Assembly: GCF_006345805.1 (NCBI RefSeq)
Contig: NC_043006.1
Span: 62,558,001 to 62,622,000, forward strand
Reading direction: 5' to 3'
DNA length: 64,000 bases
From: Octopus sinensis
Lineage: Eukaryota
A program made the position numbers and the translations under genes. The notes below the pieces were generated by a model. It was not told where the DNA came from and did no database searches. It worked only from the letters and a program-made list of their open reading frames with translations. Shown in pieces: positions 54,531 to 64,000 of this stretch. Positions within the stretch are counted from its first letter, which is position 1. Each line of letters opens with the position of its first letter.

Positions 54531-57500
54531 CACACAATCACGTCTGTGCCGACAAACTTAATTATTGGCTGTTGGCTTATCGCTATTAAACCGAAAGGGT
54601 GCAAATCTCTTTTTACAGCGTGCCCACTTGAAACACAAATTATCATAATGTTTCTCGAATGGGGAGTTACTATGAAGATTAAATGCGAATAGTCATATTT
54701 TGTTCATTACATTGTTGAAGATAACTTTTTATGAATGAGTTTCTTGTTTTTTTTCTGTCATATGTATTACATTGTAGACAGAGCTATTCTTTATTAACTA
54801 GAGTAATACAGCGCTATGTATATTGACTCTTGTAGCCAGAGCTATAGTTGCACTCAGCGCTATGCAAGTTATTTGTACTTCTTTTGTCTTCATATGTATT
54901 ACCTTCTAGACAGAGCTATACTCTCCTGAATTATTTTTGACATTTTAATTTAATTTATTAACAAAATTTCAAATTAGAAAATTGAAAATTAATTTCTCTG
55001 TATTTATCTCATTTTCGTCATGAATTACTCTCACGCTTTACAATTGGACGCTGAGCATAATAAACAAATAAATTTTCAAATCGGTTTACATTCTATGTAA
55101 CGGAGTAAAATATGGAATAAATTTCATGGTGACATTATTAGATTTCATGCCGAAATCGACAACTCAATTAAATATTTTTTCAATAGATCCATTCATGCAG
55201 AATGTTAATTGATCAAATCATCTATAGTCACCCGATGGCTGATTAAATGACCTCCCACTGTTTATCTAAAACTTTCCTCTAAAAGGCCTGATCTTCATTC
55301 TTGAGGCTATTCGCCAACTCAGTCTTGTACATTTTCCCCTACTGTTAGCTATCATTTGCAGTGTTACACGCTATTCTGTCATATTTTTCGTTCATTACAT
55401 TTTTACTCATATGCCCCCTCCCCAGATAATTTACCCTTCACCGAGCTCTAAAATTTGATGTCGTCAAATAATTTCGTTTGTTTTCAAGCCTATTTCGTTA
55501 CATTATTGCACAACAAGGTAATTCAAAGCGTAATTTACTGTGAGCTCATCAAGCTGTTATTACCTTTGAATTTACCTAAGGCCAAATCGATAGAAACACC
55601 TAGAAACGTTATCAGTTTGATACCTTTATGTTATGCCATCCTTTCCTTAATTTCCAAACCTATCTTCCTGGTTTTAGAGAGTCAAGCATTAAGTTCAGAT
55701 TTACCAATAATGTGTAATGGACCTCGATAAATTATAGACGTTAACACATTTCATGTAATACTAAATCTTCAACATTATGTAAACTTACTATTATAAACGA
55801 ACGGTTCACTAGTTCACGAACTAATGTGGAGATCTTTGATAGTTTCCATTCTGCGAATCTCACTTTCACGTTAGACTGTCTTAACAAGAAGGACGTAATT
55901 ACATAAAGTATTTTGAGATAAATTATCTGAAAAGAGTTGATGGTTACCGCTTAAACGACTTGAATTATAAGTTCTATCAAGCACCCCTCTCTTGTTTTTT
56001 CCGTGTACAGCAGCGAGGTCAACGTCAATAAACCTTTTCGATGTTCAGTGAAATGATTAATTGGAGAAAAAGATATGCAATATAAATATCTCTAGATCTC
56101 TGTAAGAAAGAAAAAAAAACTGTACTGATAGAGATTTCCTGAATTATAGATCAACGAAATGCATGATTTCCCCCGTAAAAAGTTCTTATCTTTCTAGTTA
56201 GCAAAACAAAATATGAAGCCAGGTTTCTGTATGTCACACTTGCAACGACTTCTATATACTTAATAATTCAATCACTACACATATATGAATGAGTGGATAC
56301 TTGAGCGTTTCCTTGACAGGATTTTTTGTCTCTGACTCTTTTTCAATGAACATATATGTAATCTTTAGTAAATATTCCATTCCTTAAAACGCATTCATAA
56401 AATAATCTTGTGTAACTAACATAAAACGTCCGCATTGTAATCTGTCGATTTATCAGAATTTAAGATGTTATAGTTAAAAGAGAAAGCTGCTGAAACTTGA
56501 CTGAATTTTCGATTTAGGCAGGCGATAGACGCTATTCTTAGGAAAGGGACATTTTGTGATTATTTTATATGAAAGGATTGAAGGCAGCGATATGTTAATT
56601 ATATCTTTGAATCTTTCTTCTTCAACGATTTCAGATTTAAGGAGGTGAACAAAAGGGATTTAGAATCATCAAATGGAATGTTATAATAAGATGATGATGC
56701 ATCCATCGATCTATTTGAGACTGCTTCTAGTTATTATTCCTTTATCGAAATGAAATTGCTTTAGTATCTTACTCTTGCATAAAGCTGCGTCTTGCGTAGT
56801 GACGCATATGATACCTAAAGCTGCTATTCAAAATTGCATACTTTCTCTGCAAAACTAATAAAAAAGATCAATAATTCTTTATGCGTTGCAAAAAAAAAAT
56901 AGTTTTGTGGGTTACCAATTGTACGGTATTGAAGGCTGTTGTAATGTTGCTATTCTCACGACTAGAATTCAAAATACATTATATTGTTCTTCTATTTTCC
57001 TAAATGTTCTAAATGCATGGATCTTTCTTTCTGAGATTCCATTATTGTTGAAAACATTGTTTTTCATTGCTTTAGATTGTTTGGAAAATACTGAGTTGTT
57101 CATGCATATACTATCACAGGACATTATATTTTCTTTTTGTAAAAATACAGTTTTAGAGAACTACATTTGAAGGCTTCAAGAATATAGAGAACTGTAGTAC
57201 TTCAAAATATTCAAGTCAATTTGAACATCATTGATCACTATAAGTATAGGTATTTACGTGTATGCATGATTTATATTCGGGAAAGTCACATAGAAATGCA
57301 AATTAGCAGTTATATAGTTCTGAATGATATATATTCAAAGTGGGTTTAACTTTGTTTATGTGTGCATATGTGTGTATGTGTGGAGCGACTTCCTTACATC
57401 AGTAACACTCTAATGGAAAATCGCAACATCGAAGACAGTAGAACTCGATCTCAACGTCACTTGTTGCGCTATAAACATTGTAAGAGCAATGGTATATATC

Positions 57501-58191
57501 ATGAATTTAATAATGTTATTTATATGTACAACAACTGTAAATATATGGATTCCTGCGCATATACATACATACATGTTTTTGTTCAGAATTTATTCATGCA
57601 TGTACAACTTTGTAAACAAACAGGAGTGTATAGTTATGTGTGTCAGCTTATCGTCATGGGATATTCTTTTTAGTGAGTCACAAAAAGATGTAGGCAAGCA
57701 GAGGAAGTTTCTGATTACAGGATTTGACATTAGATTTTGTTAGTTCTGTTTTTATTGGATTTAATCCTTTTCTTTCAAAATTTAGCCCGCTATATAAAGC
57801 TTGGTAATTAGGCGTGGCAGCATTTTCGTAATGGAATTTTCAAGTGTTCACGAAAGAATGTAAGAAGGTAGCACGTTTTTACTTGTCATTAAGTTGCTAT
57901 ATTTGTTGCTGTCGTTATTTTAGGTATGGTGCGCTGTTGTTAGGATAGAACTTTCTTTATCTACTGAGTTCAAGTCCACAAAATGATGAGGGTAGTTGTA
58001 AAGGTTGTTGGTCAGTATATTTCTCTCTGGAGATTCCTTGTTCTATAAGCAAATGCATTAATATATAAATATTTTAACGCTTATGTTTTATGTAGTGTAG
58101 TTTGGTTTTCTAAATATTTCATCAATTCGGTTGATTTTGATATATATATATATATATCTAAATATCTCCCTATATATATATATATATATAT

Positions 58192-58380
58192 AGGGAGAGT
58201 TTACGAAAAACACAAACGACGAAGACAGGTGGTGCACATAGCAAACAGGTGTATTAGTATAACGCTCAGGAATTGGAAAAAAGTATTTTACGTTTCGAGT
58301 TTACACTCTTCTACAGAAAGGGACCCAGAAAGCAAGGAGAGAAAAGAAATGTGTGTAGTGACTAACGATCTATCATGGCG
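58192..58380 (-). mobile_element. ~200-bp repeat with hammerhead-like motif, copy 3
   Basis: Minus strand 58321-58284 reads CCTTT-CTGTAGAA-GAGT-GTAA-ACTC-GAAA-CG-TA-AAATA. The end abuts (TA)n. Confidence 0.85.
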
Positions 58381-58817
58381 TCTGTATGTATGTGTACATT
58401 AATCCATATATTTACAGTTGTTGTACATATATATATATATATATATATGATACTGAATCATAAATTTGATATATCACTGCAGTGCATTTCATTCCAATAT
58501 TACTTGACACGTGTTTCTTTCGACACTGAATTTAAGAGATCATGAAAGGACATTTTAATACGTGTTCTTAGAAATATTATGAGAAGATATGTATTCGTTT
58601 AATCGCCTACTTATGATGTCGATAAACAGCAGCCATACTGAGGCACCACGAACACAGGTTTAAAATGAAACAATGAACACCATTACTTATGTTTAATACG
58701 GGCACTAATACCATTTTCCCTGTTTACCGGAACGCTACTTGAGGGGAAGATAACGAAAGAAAAAAAGTATTGTCTCCCAAGAGACAAACAGATAAACACG
58801 CTCGCATCTCTCTCAAA

Positions 58818-58920
58818 GTATATTTGCCATTTAAATATGGCCAACCCCTAAGGGTGGTTGCTACTGTAGCTTGTAGCTTCAGGAGGATACCTCCTCCAGC
58901 TGGCTATTGACACACTTTCT
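58818..58920. mobile_element. Single arm plus spacer of the foldback MITE family
   Basis: Matches the 41025-41207 arm, then the reverse complement of its spacer (CTGGCTATTGACACACTTTCT), then continues into different sequence. Confidence 0.85.
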
Positions 58921-59019
58921 CTGCCTTATCATTATTTGCAAAGGAAAGCCATCCTTCCCGTCTTCAACCTATGATACACACGGACTCGAGTTTATGGCTA
59001 GTTGATCAGAAACGAACAG

Positions 59020-59495
59020 GTTTTTAATCAAAAATTTATTAAAACATATCCCAGCACACCACATAATTCTTATTAATCGTGAAATTTAGTCAATATCTTG
59101 TTGCTCCTCCTTTGGCAGCAATGACAGCTGCTACGCGGGTCGGCATGCTGTCTATGAGTGCCTGCAGGTACTGTGCAGGGTTGGCCCCTCATGCAGCAAG
59201 AAGTGCCCCAAACAGCTCGTGTCGGTTCCTGTATTGCTGCACATTCAAATCCCTACCCAATCGACTCCAGAGGTTCTCAATAGGGTTCAGGTCAGGTGAC
59301 TGGCCAGCACGTACTCCTCGCCACCAAAGCGGTATCCCGTACTATCTCAACGTACTTTGCTGCGTTGATGTTGCCTTCGACGGCATAGAGCCGCCCAACA
59401 CCACTATAGCTGAACGCCCCTCACACCATCAGACCACCCCCACCATGCTTCATGGTGAGCAAATCAAGGGTGCTAATTAATTTCTGACGGTAGTG
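59020..59495 (-). mobile_element. Internally deleted Tc1-like transposon
   Basis: Minus strand, frameshifted: TMKHGGG..WGAFSYSGVGRLYAVEGNINAAKYVEI, then QSPDLNPIENLWSRL..LQALIDSMPTRVAAVIAAKGGATRY*. A TIR-like end CACTACCGTCAGAAATT follows a TA at 59496-59497. Confidence 0.88.
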
Positions 59496-60074
59496 TATAT
59501 ATATGCAGAGTGAAACAGAGGTTATGACATTGAATCGACCGAAAATGATTGTTCTTGCTTATTTCCAGATCAGTACTAACCACTAAGTGAAACAAGTATG
59601 AAAAGTATTCTTTACATTGAACTCCTATAAAAGAATATCATGAACTATTATCTGACAAATCATTTAAGAACGCACTTTATAAATGAAGTGATATTCAGCT
59701 GCTATTTCCACTACGCCGAGCAACATGTAGAATTTCTGTAGGCGCTCGACATACTCGACAATTTACCTGATGAAATATTGTTAGATATTGATACAGAAGT
59801 TACAGCCGTTGATACTCACCTGCGGCAAAATACAGTTTCATCTCGTTTAACATATTGTATTTCACTTCTGTATATTGTGTTTGTTGTAATGGACAGCGTG
59901 AGGCTCTGCTATTTCATTACATTAGAGACGTCGATGGAGTAGGACAATGTGTGAGATATGAACTACTGAGCGATAGTGTATTGAGTAAGAGGTAGCTACA
60001 CTAACACATAGACACACACACACACACGCATCACACACACGCATATCATTACACAACACACACGGAAATAGATG

Positions 60075-60128
<54 letters not shown>

Positions 60129-60659
60129 CAAACATCTATCGATATATAGATGTATTTCGTAGAAATAGACGTCAATAGTCCAAGCATACGCACATACAAA
60201 TACAGATATACCAAGACAAATATATTATTTTTGCGAATGTGAGTGTGAACTTTCGATATATATCCGTGTGTGTTTGTGTGTGTGTGTCTGTGTGTTTGTG
60301 TGTGTGTGTCTGTGTGTGTGCGTGCGTGCATGCATATAGTCTATCTATATATACCTTCTCGATCTTCTAGTGTATAACCCGGAGCGTTCTTCTGTAAACT
60401 ACTCCGTCCTTGAACAGTTCCAGTAGCGTATCAGTTTTTCACACTTTTCATGATCTAGGATTTCACCTGTCACGTCTCACACAACAAACTATTTCAAAAA
60501 ATAAATAAACACACAAACACACACATAGATCCATGTGTACGCAGGTTTTTATGGGTAAGTGTCATCTCCTATAGCTTCGAGACGACCAGAGTCTTGTGAG
60601 TGGATTTTGTAGACGGAAACTGAAAGAAGCCTGTCTTATATATATATATATATATATTC

Positions 60660-60835
60660 TTTTCTACTCTAGGCACAATGTCTGATATTTTAGGGCAGGT
60701 GCCAGTCACAACTGGTACTTAATTTATCAACCCCGAGAGGATGAAAGACAAAGTTGACCGCGGCGGAATTTGAACTCAGAATCTGAACTGATAAACATTT
60801 CACCCGGCGTACTGACGCTTCTGCTAGCTCGCCGC

Positions 60836-60836
<1 letters not shown>
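60660..60836 (-). mobile_element. Older SINE family A copy (left recombination partner)
   Basis: Core with 4 diagnostic substitutions and a shortened head ending GCTCGCCGCC. Confidence 0.85.
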
Positions 60837-60906
<70 letters not shown>

Positions 60907-61071
60907 TGTGTGTTTGTGTGTGTGTGTCTGTGTGTTTGTGTGTGTGTGTCTGTGTCTGTGTATATTTGTGTCTGTTTATCCCCCACCATTACTTCACAAC
61001 CAATGCTGGTGTGTTTACGTCCCCGTAAATTAGCGGTTCTACAGAATATATTTTCTTTTATTTCTTTACAC

Positions 61072-61255
61072 GTTTCAGTCATTCGACTGCGGCCATGCTG
61101 GAGCACCACCTTTTGCCGAACAAACTGACCCCAGGACGTAACCATTGTAAGCTTAGTACCTCTTCTCTATGTCTTTTGCTGAACCGCTGAATTTCGGGGA
61201 CATAATCACACATCGCTTGTCAAGTGATGGTGGCGGGGAGCAACACAAACACACA
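61072..61255 (-). mobile_element. SINE family B 3' half, inverted relative to a plus-strand 3' half at 60955-61050 (both repeated in the duplicate unit)
   Basis: TTTCAGTCATTCGACTGCGGCCATGCTGGAGCACC..GAACCGCTGAATTTCGGGGAC is the reverse complement of the family B 3' half. Confidence 0.8.
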
Positions 61256-61808
61256 CATAAATATATATGCATACACACACACATAAATATATATGCATAC
61301 ACACACACATATATATATATATATACATACATATATACACATACATAGCTCGTGCTTTCTTGCCGATTATAGCTTCCATCACAGTAACTCATTCGAGTTG
61401 TTTCTCCGTCAACCACATCATCAGCAGCTTCTCCATATTTTCATGGATAGATGTCCGTTGTCTACAAATTATTTTGTCCCCCTTGGCTGACCTTATAGCT
61501 TTATCGACTCCTTCTGCTTCAGTATGCTACAGATCGTAGAAGTGCTACGCTCGTACTACTTCGTCATGTCGACTACACGCGCACCTTGGTAATGTTCTTC
61601 GATATTTTTTTTTCTTGAATTCAATGCACATCATTCGCTTGTTCTTCTCAGCAATCACTTACTTTGGACTCGTGGTTGGAAAAACGAAGTTTTACAAAAT
61701 AACTGCAAGCATAAATTACAAGCCTTAATTTATCGAACCCGAAAGGATGAAAAGCAAAGTCAACCTCGGCGGAATTTGAACTCAGAACGTAACGGCAGAG
61801 GAAATACG

Positions 61809-62026
61809 TATTTCTTTATTACCCACAAGGGGGCTAAACACAGAGGGTACAAACAAGGACAGACATAGGTATTAAGTCGATTACATCGACCCCAGTGCGT
61901 AACTGGTACTTAATTTATCGACCCCGAAAGGATGAAAGGCAAAGTTGACCTCGGCGGAATTTGAACTCAGAATCTGAACTGATAAACATTTCACCCGGCG
62001 TACTGACGCTTCTGCTAGCTCGCCGC

Positions 62027-62027
<1 letters not shown>
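61809..62027 (-). mobile_element. Chimeric SINE family A at the duplication junction
   Basis: Tail and core match 62949-63108; the head matches 60779-60836. Confidence 0.9.
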
Positions 62028-62061
<34 letters not shown>

Positions 62062-62948
62062 TGTGTGTGTGTGTGTTGTGTGTGTGTGTCTGTGTCTGTG
62101 TATATTTGTGTCTGTTTATCCCCCACCATTACTTCACAACCAATGCTGGTGTGTTTACGTCCCCGTAAATTAGCGGTTCTACAGAATATATTTTCTTTTA
62201 TTTCTTTACACGTTTCAGTCATTCGACTGCGGCCATGCTGGAGCACCACCTTTTGCCGAACAAACTGACCCCAGGACGTAACCATTGTAAGCTTAGTACC
62301 TCTTCTCTATGTCTTTTGCTGAACCGCTGAATTTCGGGGACATAATCACACATCGCTTGTCAAGTGATGGTGGCGGGGAGCAACACAAACACACACATAA
62401 ATATATATGCATACACACACACATAAATATATATGCATACACACACACATATATATATATATATACATACATATATACACATACATAGCTCGTGCTTTCT
62501 TGCCGATTATAGCTTCCATCACAGTAACTCATTCGAGTTGTTTCTCCGTCAACCACATCATCAGCAGCTTCTCCATATTTTCATGGATAGATGTCCGTTG
62601 TCTACAAATTATTTTGTCCCCCTTGGCTGACCTTATAGCTTTATCGACTCCTTCTGCTTCAGTATGCTACAGATCGTAGAAGTGCTACGCTCGTACTACT
62701 TCGTCATGTCGACTACACGCGCACCTTGGTAATGTTCTTCGATATTTTTTTTTCTTGAATTCAATGCACATCATTCGCTTGTTCTTCTCAGCAATCACTT
62801 ACTTTGGACTCGTGGTTGGAAAAACGAAGTTTTACAAAATAACTGCAATCATAAATTACAAGCCTTAATTTATCGAACCCGAAAGGATGAAAAGCAAAGT
62901 CAACCTCGGCGGAATTTGAACTCAGAACGTAACGGCAGAGGAAATACG

Positions 62949-63179
62949 TATTTCTTTATTACCCACAAGGGGCTAAACACAGAGGGTACAAACAAGGACA
63001 GACATAGGTATTAAGTCGATTACATCGACCCCAGTGCGTAACTGGTACTTAATTTATCGACCCCGAAAGGATGAAAGGCAAAGTTGACCTCGGCGGAATT
63101 TGAACTCACAACGTAATGGCAGCCGAAATACCGCAAAGCATTTCGCCCGGCGTGCTAACGATTCTGCCAGCTCGCCGCC
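62949..63179 (-). mobile_element. Young full-length SINE family A
   Basis: Reverse complement: GGCGGCGAGCTGGCAGAATCGTTAGC (A box), GTTCAAATTCC (B box), core GTCAACTTTGCCTTTCATCCTTTCGGGGTCGATAAATTAAGTACCAG, tail AATAAAGAAATA. Confidence 0.92.
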
Positions 63180-64000
63180 TTGTGTGTCTAAATATCTGCT
63201 AGAGATACACCTCCGCTCACTGTTTAATTTTCCTAAAAAAAGAAGTGTTTTATAATCAATAACGCAAATTCTACCTTCCTCGCTCTGAAATTGCAGCTAT
63301 AATACATCGGTTTGTATTCATTCAAAACTTCGCAACATCGGCAATTTTAAAGTAAAACTGATCGTCCTATTTGCCAGACAAACTTGACCAGCCTATTGTG
63401 CAAGATGAAACGAATCTACAAAATTACAAATGTAAACATTTGTAAAACAATCCGGTATAACAGTAGATTTCTTGAAAATGCAAGTTTAATTTATATTAAG
63501 AGATCGCTGCTTGAAAGACCTGAATCAATAAATGATAGGATGTATTTGAATCCTGAAGAAAATCAATATTTGTTGAGAAGATGCAGGTATTTTTTTTAGA
63601 TATTAATTTCTAAATTAAGCAAACGCTACTAGTTTTAGATGAATAGCACAATCAATTCTATCGACCCGAATACTTCACTGGTATAATTTTATTGGTGCTT
63701 TAATGATGAATGGAAACGTTGAGATCAGTGGAATTCGAACAGAATATGTAAATCTAATAACAAAATATTAAATTTCCGTTCGTGGATAATACTAAAATAG
63801 TATTAACCAAATGCTGTAAAATCAAAGGAGAAAATGTAGTGGTGTGACAAAAGTTATTACGGTATTTGGTTGTTCGTTTTGAGATTAGATCCTACGAATA
63901 TCAAAGTCAGTCTTTCATCTTTCGGTAGTTAATAAAATACTGCGGTGTAATTGATTACACCTTTACCTCCGAATGTGAGACACTGTGTCTATATATCAAC

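Larger units (their letters stand above)
60761..63108. repeat. Tandem duplication: 60761-61951 (1191 bp) and 61952-63090 (1139 bp)
   Basis: The units are colinear and give identical ORFs offset by 1140 bp. They differ mainly in (TA)/(TG) tract length, plus one G/T substitution and one G indel that I noticed. Confidence 0.95.

Overview
AT-rich eukaryotic non-coding DNA, very probably from an octopus or other coleoid cephalopod (inferred from the SINE families and the dense TA/CA/GA/AAT/GATA microsatellites). I found no intact host protein-coding gene. Most ORFs in the supplied track are microsatellite or repeat read-through, and the recognisable ones are transposon remnants. The window holds decayed mobile elements: Penelope-like (GIY-YIG and RT remnants), three RTE-type LINE fragments, two R4/Dong-type 3' ends in (TAA)n, a Tigger/pogo transposase pseudogene, two mariner 5' fragments, a Tc1 deletion derivative, a foldback MITE and many tRNA-derived SINEs. 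Best leads: (1) a ~200-bp repeat family (3 copies) with a minimal hammerhead-ribozyme-like fold, a variant core and a covarying stem II; (2) a ~1.15-kb tandem duplication whose junction maps to 18 bp inside a chimeric SINE; (3) a ~100-bp cluster of NF-kB, heat-shock and CRE motifs near 16.4 kb; (4) several long inverted repeats. All family assignments come from manual translation and recalled family motifs; no database searches were run.
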